A stretch of 64,000 nucleotides of DNA from an uncultured Pseudomonadota bacterium. Lineage in GTDB: Bacteria; Myxococcota_A; Polyangia; Fen-1088. Position 1 is the stretch's first letter; every line of letters begins with the position of its first letter. The stretch is taken from contig CAWFVU010000007.1 in assembly GCA_963819375.1 (NCBI GenBank), positions 706,768 to 770,767 on the forward strand. Direction: 5' to 3'. A program made the position numbers and the translations under genes. This document shows positions 27,693 through 36,241 of this stretch, piece by piece. Under the pieces are notes generated by a model. The model had not been told where the DNA came from, made no database searches, and saw only the letters and a list, made by a program, of their open reading frames with translations.

Positions 27693-29558
27693 CTACAGAT
27701 ACCCGGCAGCCTGCAGCTGGAACATCCGCGCGTAACGACGGCCGGCAGCGACGAGCGCCGCGTGCGTGCCATCTTCGACCACACGACCCGCTTCCAGCAC
27801 CAGGATCCGGTCCGCCATCCGCACCGTCGGGAAGCGATGCGAGATCAAGATCGTCGTCCGTCCGGCGGCGAGCGCGCGGAAGCGCTGGAACACGGCGTGC
27901 TCGGCCTCGGCGTCGAGCGCGGCGGTCGGCTCGTCGAGGATCAAGATGTCGGCCTCGTCGCGCATGAATGCGCGCGCCAGCGCCACCTTCTGCCACTGCC
28001 CCCCCGACAGCTCCACGCCGCCCGAGAACCAGCGTCCGAGCTGCGTGTCGAGGCCCGCGGCGAGGCCCGCCGCCAGCTCCTTCGCGCCGCCGCGCTCGAC
28101 CGCGCGTCCCACGCGCAGCTCGTCGCCCGCGTGCTCGACGCTGCCGAAGGCGACGTTCTCCCGCAATGCCAGCTGGTACTCGTTGAAGTCTTGAAAGATG
28201 ACGCCGATGCGGCGGCGCAGCGCGACCTCGTCCCAGGTGCGCAGATCGCGCCCGTCGAGCAGCACGCTCCCCTCGGTCGGCTGATAGAGGTTCGCCAGCA
28301 GCTTGATGAACGTCGTCTTGCCGGCGCCGTTCTCTCCGACCAGCGCCAGGCTCTGCCCCTTCGGGATGAAGAGGTTCACGTCCCGCAGCGCCCAGCGTTC
28401 GGTCTCCCCGCCGGGATAGCGAAAGCCGACCCCCTCGAAGCGAATCCCCTCCTCCGCGCGCACCACCGCCAGCGGCCCCACCGCCTTCGGCGTGTCGGTC
28501 GGGATCGCGAAGTAGTCGAACAGGTTCGACATGTAGAGCGTGTCCTCGTACATCCCGCCCAGCGCCGAGAGCACCGCCTGGAAGCTCTGCTGCCCCTGAC
28601 GGAACGCCACCAGCGCCAGCGTCATGTCACCGAGCGACAGCCGGCCGCGCACCGTCTCGGCGACGATGAGCGCGTACGAGCCATAGAACACGGCGGTGCT
28701 CAGCAGCGAGAGCGCGTAGCCCCAGCCCGCGCGGCCGATCGCCAGCCGCCGATCGTCGGCGAAGAACGACTCCGCCAGCCGGCGATAGCGCTCGAGCAAG
28801 AGCGGCCCGAGGCCGAACAGCTTCACCTCCTTGGCGTGCTCGTCGTTGGCCAGCACGTACTCGAGGTAGGTGAGCCGGCGCGAGTCGGGCGAGCGCCAGT
28901 TGCGCAGCCGGAACGCCGCGCCCGAGAAGCGCGCCTCGGCGAGGAACGCCGGCACCGTCGCCACCAGCACCGCCAGCGCCATCCAGGGGGAGAAGCGAAT
29001 CAGCAGCGCCGCGTAGCCCGCCAGCGTCAGCGCGTTGCGGACGACCTGGAAGTTGCTCTGAATCAGCGACAGCGGCCGCGTCGAGGCCTCGCGCCGCGCG
29101 CGCGTCAGCTTGTCGTAGAAGTCAGGATCCTCGAACTGCCGCAGCTCCAGCCGCTGCGCCTTCTCCAGGATCTGCACGTTGAGATCGATGCCCAGCCGCA
29201 ACCCGACCAGCTGGCGAACGAGGCCGAGCACCCGCTCGGCCCCCGCCATCACCACCACCGCCGCCAGCTCGACACCGACCAGCCGGACGGCGTGCGAGAG
29301 CGCCGCCTGACGCGCGAGGCCCGGCAGCGCCGCGCGCGCCGCGATCACGGAGTCGATGATCAGCTTGCCGACGTAGGCGACGAACGGCGGCAGCGCCGCC
29401 GCCACCAGCGTGAACGCGGCGAGCACCAGCACGCCGCCGGGCGCCGACCGCCAGACCAACCCCAGTGCGCGCGCCGAATGGGTGGCGCTCGCCTTCAGCC
29501 GCTCGGCGAGCGGGACCTGCGGTGGCGTCGGCGGTGTGGAGGGGGGCGGGACCGACAT
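27693..29558 (-). CDS. ABC transporter, fused permease/ATP-binding protein (exporter type)
   Basis: ORF 27693..29558. N-terminal multi-TM domain, Walker A GENGAGKTT, signature LSGGQWQK, Walker B ILILDEPT. Confidence 0.9.
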   Translation of the reverse strand: MSVPPPSTPPTPPQVPLAERLKASATHSARALGLVWRSAPGGVLVLAAFTLVAAALPPFVAYVGKLIIDSVIAARAALPGLARQAALSHAVRLVGVELAAVVVMAGAERVLGLVRQLVGLRLGIDLNVQILEKAQRLELRQFEDPDFYDKLTRARREASTRPLSLIQSNFQVVRNALTLAGYAALLIRFSPWMALAVLVATVPAFLAEARFSGAAFRLRNWRSPDSRRLTYLEYVLANDEHAKEVKLFGLGPLLLERYRRLAESFFADDRRLAIGRAGWGYALSLLSTAVFYGSYALIVAETVRGRLSLGDMTLALVAFRQGQQSFQAVLSALGGMYEDTLYMSNLFDYFAIPTDTPKAVGPLAVVRAEEGIRFEGVGFRYPGGETERWALRDVNLFIPKGQSLALVGENGAGKTTFIKLLANLYQPTEGSVLLDGRDLRTWDEVALRRRIGVIFQDFNEYQLALRENVAFGSVEHAGDELRVGRAVERGGAKELAAGLAAGLDTQLGRWFSGGVELSGGQWQKVALARAFMRDEADILILDEPTAALDAEAEHAVFQRFRALAAGRTTILISHRFPTVRMADRILVLEAGRVVEDGTHAALVAAGRRYARMFQLQAAGYL

Positions 29559-30124
29559 CGACGCTCAGCCTAGCGCGCGCGCCGCGCTGCCGCCGGCCGC
29601 CTGGGCCATCCCCGGACCCGCCGCCTGGTCGACACCCCTATTGATATTCATTTTCAACTGCATTTCGCAGGGCGATCCGCTCGGCACCCGCTGCGCCCGG
29701 AGCGTCGAGCGCTTCGCCGCCTGCGCGCCACGTCGACGTGACTCCGATACCGATCAAGACGGGCGGTGGCGCCGTTGAATATCAGAAATCTGATGCAGGT
29801 CATTTATGCATACCGAATTGCGACCGCGTGTGCCCGCTCCCGAGCAGCCATGGCTGATTGCGTGAGGTTGTCGTTTCGTACGATTCGAGACCATTTGAGG
29901 CGCAACCTGATTCTGAACGGTCGCAGCAAACTTTTGCGCATTTGCACACGTCCACGCTTCCGTGCCCGCAACACCACTGGACCTGCGCAAACAGCGTATT
30001 TTCGGCGCTGCAGACCGCAGCATCTCCGTCGAATCGATGCGGCCGACAATACGAAAAGCGCCGATCGCTGCGCGATGACGAAGCAGCCCGAAGTTAAAAA
30101 AACGCTCCCCGCGTTTTACAACAC

Positions 30125-30154
30125 TTGTTTGCTGCCAAATTATGGGCCTATTAT
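30125..30154 (+). promoter_or_regulatory. candidate sigma-70 promoter of the AT-hook gene, possibly giving a leaderless mRNA
   Basis: TTGTTT (30125-30130), an 18-nt spacer, TATTAT (30149-30154). The ATG at 30163 follows 8 nt later with no Shine-Dalgarno. Confidence 0.3.
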
Positions 30155-30162
30155 CCGCGCCG

Positions 30163-30495
30163 ATGACAATCCGTACTCTGATCGAAGATTTCGCCAATCA
30201 ACTCAGTTCCCTGATGGAACGTCAGGCGCTGGACCGCGCACGCGTCGCCGTCGAGAACGCGCTCGGCGGCAAACGCTCGCCCGGCCGGCCGCCCAAGATG
30301 CTGTCCGCTGGCCTGGATCTGGGGAGGAAGCCCCGGCGGAAGGGACCGAAGCAGCTCTGCCCGGTTCCCGGATGCAAGAACCCTGCTGCGCCCGTCTTCG
30401 GGATGGTTTGTGCGAAGCACAAAGACATTCCCAAGGCCCAAATCAAGAAGTATCGCGAAGCTCGCCGCGCAAAGAAGCAGAAGAAAGCCGCCTAA
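30163..30495 (+). CDS. small basic protein with AT-hook and CCCH zinc-knuckle-like motif (putative DNA-binding)
   Basis: Within ORF 30142..30495, preferred ATG at 30163 (MTIRTLIEDF...). Helical N-terminus, GRP core in KRSPGRPPK plus the basic stretch GRKPRRKGPK. CPVPGC-x11-CAKH (C-x4-C-x11-C-x2-H). Lys-rich tail RRAKKQKKAA. Confidence 0.65.
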   Translation: MTIRTLIEDFANQLSSLMERQALDRARVAVENALGGKRSPGRPPKMLSAGLDLGRKPRRKGPKQLCPVPGCKNPAAPVFGMVCAKHKDIPKAQIKKYREARRAKKQKKAA

Positions 30496-30685
30496 AGCGG
30501 TCTTCTTCTCCGCCACTCCGCCGCGCATTCTTTCAAACCCGTTCGGGGGGGCGGGTCCGCCGGAGGCGCGTCCAGAGCGACAGGTAAAATGAGCTTCCTG
30601 CGTTCTGGCGCTGCCGTTCGATTTGATCAACGAGCGCGAATTTGACGGGCAAATCCCAGGCGACCTGCATGCTACGGTCGCGGCG

Positions 30686-33232
30686 ATGATTCCCCGACGG
30701 GCTTTCTCCATCGTCCTCGGCGGCGCAGCCATCGTTGCCGCTTTTGTGTGCCCCCTCCTGACGAAAGCCGCTGCCGTGACCGCCAAGCCGAGCCCCACCG
30801 CCGCCGAGGTCGAAAAGCGCGCCGACGGGTTGGTCGCCCGCATGACGGCGGAAGAGAAGATCGACTATCTCGGCGGCGCCGACGGCTTCTACATCCGGGC
30901 GGTGAAACGACTCGGGTTGCCGGCCTTCCGGATGGCCGACGGGCCGTTCGGCGTTCGCAACGTCGGCCTCTCCACCGCCTACCCGGCCGGGATCGGCCTG
31001 GCCGCGAGCTGGGACGTCGCGCTGGCCAACCGGGTCGGGGCGATGATCGGACGCGACGCGCGGGCGCGCGGCGTCCAGATCATGCTGGCGCCGGGCGTGA
31101 ACATCTACCGCGCCCCGATGTGCGGCCGGAACTTCGAATACCTCGGCGAAGACCCGTTCCTCGCCGCGCGGATGGCCGTCGGGTACGTCGAGGGGGTGCA
31201 GGGCGAGGGTGTCAGCGCCACGATCAAGCACTTCCTGGGCAACAACTCGGAGGTCGATCGCCACCACACCAGCTCCGACATCGACGAGCGCACGATGCGC
31301 GAAATTTATCTGCCGGCGTTCGAGGCCGCGGTCAAGGAGGCGCACGTCGGCGCGCTCATGACCTCGTACAACCTGGTGAACGGCCTGCACATGACGGAGA
31401 ACGCGGCGCTGGTGGAGGGGCTGGTCAAGAAGGAGTGGGGATTCGACGGCGTCGTCATGTCCGACTGGGATGCGACCTACGACGGCGTCGCCGCCGCCAA
31501 CGCGGGCCTCGACGTCGAGATGCCGTCGGCGAAGTTCATGAACCGCGAGACACTGCTGCCCGCCGTCAAGGCGGGCAAGGTCTCGCAGGCGACCATCGAC
31601 GACAAGGTCCGGCGGATCCTGCGCACCGCCATCCGCTTCGGCTGGCTCGATCGCCCGGCCGTCGACACCAGCCTGTCGCTCTACAACGAGGAGGGGCGCC
31701 AGGTGGCGCTCGAGGCCGCCCGCGCCGGCCTGGTGCTGCTGAAGAACGACGGCGATCTGTTGCCGCTCGACAGGAAGAGGCTGAAGACCGTGGCGCTCAT
31801 CGGCCCCAACGCCTACCCGGCGATCCCGGTGGGGGGCGGCAGCGCCCAGGTGCGGCCGCTCGCGGCGACCAGCTTCCTGCAAGGGCTGGCGGACGCGCTG
31901 CGCGGCAGCGCCACCGTGCTCGTCCACCACGGTGTCCCGACGCTGGCGGAGATCTTCGACACGACGGACTTCGTCACCGCTCCCCCCAACCACGGAAGCC
32001 CGGGACAGCCGGGGCTCAAGGGCGAGTACTTCGACGATCCGGCGCTGGCCGGCGCGCCCCTGCTCACCCGCGTCGATCCGCACGTCAACTTCGCCTGGGA
32101 CAGGCCCAACGTCTGGCCGACGGGCGACCGCAAGCAATCGTCCGCGCGCTGGACCGGCGCGTTCATCGCCCCGACCTCGGGCGAGTATCGCTTCGCCGCC
32201 TTCAGCTACGGGCTCGACGAGTACCGCCTCTACGTCGACGGCAAGCTGCTGCTCGATCGCGCGCGCGGGCCGCAGCCCATCAACTTCGCGTCGCTGCCGC
32301 TCCAGGCGGGGCGGGCCTACGCCATTCGCTTCGAGTACCTTCACGGCGATCACCACGCGCGCGTCGGCCTCGGCGTGCGCCGCGCCGACGCCTTCGTCGA
32401 TCCCGCCGTCAAGGAGCTCGCCGCGCGCGCCGACGTGGTGGTGGTCGCCGCCGGGTTCGAGCCGATGACCGAGAGCGAAGGGTACGATCGGACCTTCCAG
32501 CTTCCGGCGGGCCAGGACGAGCTCATCGCCGCCGTTCGCGCCGCCAACAAGCGCGTGGTCGTCGCGCTGACCTCCGGCGGCGGCGTCGACATGACCCGCT
32601 TCATCGACCAGATCCCGGCCGTCATCGAGAGCTGGTACCCCGGCCAAGAAGGGGGCACGGCGCTCGCCGAGGTGCTGCTGGGCGACGTCAACCCCTCGGG
32701 AAAATTGCCGGTGACCTTCGAGCGCCGGTTCGAGGACAGCGCCGTCGCCGCCAGCTATTACCCGGACGCCAACAAGAAGATCGCCTACAAGGAAGGCGTC
32801 TTTCTCGGCTACCGGCACTTCGACAAGACGGGCCTAAAGCCGCTCTTCCCGTTCGGCCACGGCCTCTCGTACACGCGCTTCAAGTACGGCGCCCTCACGG
32901 TCACGCCCGAGGCGATGACCGGGGATGCGCCCGTCACCGTCTCGTTCGACGTCACCAACGTCGGCAAACGCAGGGGCGCGGAGATCGCGCAGCTCTACGT
33001 CGGCGATCGCCACGCGTCCGTGCCGCGACCACCAAAGGAGCTGAAAGGGTTCGCCAAAGTCGAGCTCGCGCCGGGCGAGACGAAGCGGGTCCAGCTGCTG
33101 CTCGACCGGCGCGCGCTGTCGTACTTCGACGTGGCGACCAGGAACTGGCGCGCGGAGCCGGGAGCGTTCGAGCTGCTGGTCGGGGCCTCCTCCCAGAAGA
33201 TCGAGCTCCACGGCAAGCTCGTCCTCAAATAG
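30686..33232 (+). CDS. glycoside hydrolase family 3 beta-glucosidase with PA14 insert, secreted
   Basis: Within ORF 30623..33232, with ATG at 30686 (MIPRRAFSIVLGGAAIVAAF, signal). GH3 N-domain (KHFLGNNSE, GFDGVVMSDWDA). PA14-like segment GLKGEYFDDPALAGAPLLTRVDPHVNFAW. C-terminal Fn3-like domain (GLSYTRFKY). Confidence 0.9.
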   Translation: MIPRRAFSIVLGGAAIVAAFVCPLLTKAAAVTAKPSPTAAEVEKRADGLVARMTAEEKIDYLGGADGFYIRAVKRLGLPAFRMADGPFGVRNVGLSTAYPAGIGLAASWDVALANRVGAMIGRDARARGVQIMLAPGVNIYRAPMCGRNFEYLGEDPFLAARMAVGYVEGVQGEGVSATIKHFLGNNSEVDRHHTSSDIDERTMREIYLPAFEAAVKEAHVGALMTSYNLVNGLHMTENAALVEGLVKKEWGFDGVVMSDWDATYDGVAAANAGLDVEMPSAKFMNRETLLPAVKAGKVSQATIDDKVRRILRTAIRFGWLDRPAVDTSLSLYNEEGRQVALEAARAGLVLLKNDGDLLPLDRKRLKTVALIGPNAYPAIPVGGGSAQVRPLAATSFLQGLADALRGSATVLVHHGVPTLAEIFDTTDFVTAPPNHGSPGQPGLKGEYFDDPALAGAPLLTRVDPHVNFAWDRPNVWPTGDRKQSSARWTGAFIAPTSGEYRFAAFSYGLDEYRLYVDGKLLLDRARGPQPINFASLPLQAGRAYAIRFEYLHGDHHARVGLGVRRADAFVDPAVKELAARADVVVVAAGFEPMTESEGYDRTFQLPAGQDELIAAVRAANKRVVVALTSGGGVDMTRFIDQIPAVIESWYPGQEGGTALAEVLLGDVNPSGKLPVTFERRFEDSAVAASYYPDANKKIAYKEGVFLGYRHFDKTGLKPLFPFGHGLSYTRFKYGALTVTPEAMTGDAPVTVSFDVTNVGKRRGAEIAQLYVGDRHASVPRPPKELKGFAKVELAPGETKRVQLLLDRRALSYFDVATRNWRAEPGAFELLVGASSQKIELHGKLVLK

Positions 33233-33356
33233 GCCGCCTTCGGGCGCCACGTCGTCGGGCATGGTTCGCTCCGCTCACCGTCGCCTCGCGGCGCCGCCCT
33301 CCTGGCCGAAGCCTCGGATTCCCTTGCGCTTTCGGGCCCGCGGTCAGAGCCAGAAT

Positions 33357-33384
33357 TTGCCTTGTTTAAATGTTAACGTAAAAT
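33357..33384 (+). promoter_or_regulatory. candidate sigma-70 promoter in an AT-rich island upstream of the PP2C phosphatase gene
   Basis: TTGCCT (33357-33362), a 16-nt spacer, TAAAAT (33379-33384). Embedded in a stretch of ~27% G+C (33351-33420, hand count). Confidence 0.35.
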
Positions 33385-33483
33385 ACAGTTTTTTGTAATT
33401 TAAATACGTAAATGGCTGAGCTAACGTTGTATGCAACGTGACGATGGCGTGGACGGGAAATTCGGGCGGGGGGTAGCCGTTGT

Positions 33484-34260
33484 ATGGCTGAGATGGACGA
33501 TCGGGGGAGGGGGAACGTGGCGACGGCGTCGAAGGGGGTTCGCCGGGGTGCGCGCGCAGCTGCGCCGATTCACCTGCCGACCTGGAGTCGGCTGAACATC
33601 GCGGCCAAGCAGTCGGCGCCCGCGGGCAACGGCGGTGACTTCTTCGAGGTGATCCAGCAGCGCGACGGACGCGTCACCGTGGTGATGGCGGACGTCTGCG
33701 GCAACGGACCGAGCGCCGCCGCGCCGGTCAGCAGCCTGCGTTGGATCTTGCGTCAGACGATCGCGCGCGGCGAGGCTCCGGGCGCGGTGCTGGCTGCACT
33801 CAACGACTGGATCGTCGCGCAGCGGATCGACGATCGCTTCGTGACCGCCCTTTGCCTGCGCATCGACGCGGTGACCGGCCGTGCGGAGATCGCCAGCGCC
33901 GGGCACCTCGGTCCCTTCGTCAAGCGCGCGGCCGGCGGCGCGGAAGAGCTGCCGCACGTCGCAGGCCTCGCGCTGGGGATCCTGTCAGCGCAGGTCTACC
34001 AGGAGACGTCGATCGAGCTGGCGCCGGAAGACGCATTGGTGCTGGTCACCGACGGGATCACCGATCGGCTGGCCACCGCCGGCGATCAGCTGGGGCAGAG
34101 CGCGCTCCTCGGGCGCCTCGCCCGGGCCCGGCACGGTTCGGAGAGCATCTGCAGCGCGCTGCTCGGCTCGGACGCGCGCGCCACCGAGGACGCCACCGTC
34201 CTGGTGATGCAGCTGCCGCGGCGCCATCGCCGGGCCACGCCAGTCGCCCGCGCGGGCTGA
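33484..34260 (+). CDS. PP2C-type serine phosphatase (SpoIIE/RsbU family)
   Basis: ORF 33484..34260. An in-frame GTG at 33517 with GGAGG 6 nt upstream is an alternative start. Motifs GGDFFEV, VVMADVCGNG, ASAGH, LVLVTDGITD. Confidence 0.8.
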   Translation: MAEMDDRGRGNVATASKGVRRGARAAAPIHLPTWSRLNIAAKQSAPAGNGGDFFEVIQQRDGRVTVVMADVCGNGPSAAAPVSSLRWILRQTIARGEAPGAVLAALNDWIVAQRIDDRFVTALCLRIDAVTGRAEIASAGHLGPFVKRAAGGAEELPHVAGLALGILSAQVYQETSIELAPEDALVLVTDGITDRLATAGDQLGQSALLGRLARARHGSESICSALLGSDARATEDATVLVMQLPRRHRRATPVARAG

Positions 34261-34308
34261 GCAGACCGCGCAGCAAGCGGCGGCCTCAGCCGCCGCGGGT
34301 CGGCTACT

Positions 34309-35486
34309 ATGGCCGCGATGAAACGCGCGCCGTCGGCGATCGCAGCGGCGCTGTGGCTGGTCGTCGGCGGCGGCGCCCGCGCCCTCGCCCACCAGCAGAC
34401 CACGACCTTCGGCGAGATCGTCTATCCGAACCCGGGCCGAGACGGCGCCGATCTGACCTGGCGGCTGCGCATGCGAACGATCGACCTCGCCCGGCTGCTC
34501 GGCGATCGGCTGCCGCGGGGAGCCGAGAGCCTGCGCGGCGGGCTGCGCGTGGCGGCCACCAGCGCCGGGGGGAGACGCACCTCTGCACGCCCGGCGCGAC
34601 GACGATGGAGTCCACATCGCCCTCGCCCCCCGGAGGGGCCGCGCCCGAGCCGACCTCGATCTTCGTCGCGCGGTTCGCCTGCGGGCCCTCGGCGCGGACG
34701 CTGCACCTTCGCTACGACCTGTTCTTCGACCGCGACCCCTACCACGCCAGCTACACGCGGCTCCTGCTGGGAGAGGCGCCCACCGGCGACGATCCGTCGG
34801 CGTCGTCGATCGTGTTCCACAACCTGGCGCACGAGATCGCGGTCGACGTGCGCATCCCCGAGCCGCTCTGGCGGAGCGCGCTGCTCTATCTCCGCCTCGG
34901 CGTCGCCCACATCCTGACCGGCTACGACCACCTGTCGTTCCTGATGGCGCTGCTGCTGGCCGCCGGACTCTCTACCCCGACGTCGGCACGCAGGAACAGC
35001 GTCGCGGAAGCCGCGACGCCGCGGCAGGCCCTGCGCAGTACGGTGACGATCGTCAGCGCCTTCACCGTCGCGCACTCGCTCACGCTCATCACGCAGGTCC
35101 TTCACCCAGGATGGCTCTCCACCCGCTGGGTCGAGCCGGCGATCGCGTTTTCGGTCGCTTACGTCGGCTTCGAGAACCTCGTCCCGCGCGCACGGAACGG
35201 ACGATGGCTGCTGGTGTTCAGCTTCGGGCTGGTGCACGGCCTCGGGTTCGCGTCGGTGCTGCGCGAGATCGGCCTGCCACGCCGCGGGCTCCTGCTGTCG
35301 CTGCTCTCTTTCAACCTCGGCGTCGAGCTGGGGCAACTCCTGGTCGTCGCCCTGGTGCTGCCCATCGTGGTCACCTGCGCGCGCCGCGCCCCGCGCGCCT
35401 TCGAGCGCTGGGGCCTGCAGCTCGGGTCGAGCCTCATCGGCGCCTTCGGCACGCTCTGGCTCATCGACCGGCTCACCGCGCGTTGA
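34309..35486 (+). pseudogene. HupE/UreJ-family membrane protein, one frame break in a G6 run as sequenced
   Basis: Signal peptide and N-terminal part lie in ORF 34309..34917 (MAAMKRAPSAIAAALWLVVGGGARALAH...). The rest lies in the tail of ORF 33741..35486 (LGVAHILTGYDHLSFLMALLL, FTVAHSLTL, LVHGLGFA, FNLGVELGQL). The switch falls at G run 34567-34572. Confidence 0.75.
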
Positions 35487-35510
35487 AGGAGCGCGGCGCA
35501 ATCCGAGCGG

Positions 35511-36188
35511 TCACCAGGGGAGGACCTGGCCGCTGGCGTGCCAGAAGGTGCCGGTGGTCTCGAGGTTGAGGGCGTCGATGCGGTCGACCAGCTGCTTGGC
35601 GGCGGCGTCGGGGTCGATGTTGCCGCTCCCCTCGGTCATGTCGGTCCGCACGAAGCCGGGGTGCAGGATCGCCACGGCGATCCCGGCGCCACGCAGGTCG
35701 CGCGCCAGCGACATTCCGGCGGCGTTGAGGGCGGCCTTCGACATCCGATAGCCGTAGTAGCCGCCCGAGCCGTTGTCGGCGATCGAGCCCATGCGGCTGG
35801 TGATGAGCGCGAGCTTGCCGCCGCGGCGGATGTTCTTGCGCAGCGCCTTGACCACGCGCAAGGGGCCGAGCGCGTTGACCTCGAGCTGCGCCCGGACATC
35901 GTCGAGGTCGACGCCGTCCAGATCGTCCTCGCGCAAGATGCCGGCGTTGCAGACCAGCTCGTCGAGCACGATTCCCTCGAGGCGCTGGGCCAGCGCCTCG
36001 ACCCCGTCGTCGGTGGTGACGTCGACGCCGAGCACCACCTGCGCGCCGAGCGCGTCGAGCGCCGGCGACGACTGGCGAGCGGCCGCGATCACCTCACGCC
36101 CGAGGGTCTTGAAGCGCTTGCAGAGGGCGAGGCCGATGCCGCGGTTGGCGCCGACCACCAGGGCTGTCCGTGCCGATGACGGGCTCAT
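35511..36188 (-). CDS. short-chain dehydrogenase/reductase (SDR)
   Basis: ORF 35511..36188. VVGANRGIGLA nucleotide-binding motif and catalytic YRMSK (YxxxK). Confidence 0.85.
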   Translation of the reverse strand: MSPSSARTALVVGANRGIGLALCKRFKTLGREVIAAARQSSPALDALGAQVVLGVDVTTDDGVEALAQRLEGIVLDELVCNAGILREDDLDGVDLDDVRAQLEVNALGPLRVVKALRKNIRRGGKLALITSRMGSIADNGSGGYYGYRMSKAALNAAGMSLARDLRGAGIAVAILHPGFVRTDMTEGSGNIDPDAAAKQLVDRIDALNLETTGTFWHASGQVLPW

Positions 36189-36241
36189 GCGGGCGAGCTT
36201 AGCACCGGGAGCGCGCGGCGCCGGCCACGAGCCGGTGACGA

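Noticed and set aside
29754-30587. Track ORFs in the AT-enriched spacer (29754..30197 minus strand, 29766..30587 plus strand, 29804..30049 minus strand, 29858..30097 plus strand)
   Set aside because: Third-codon positions are only about 55-60% G/C, against about 90% in the genuine coding stretches I counted here. There is no ribosome-binding site. The peptides are Arg-rich nonsense, and one overlaps the AT-hook gene out of frame.
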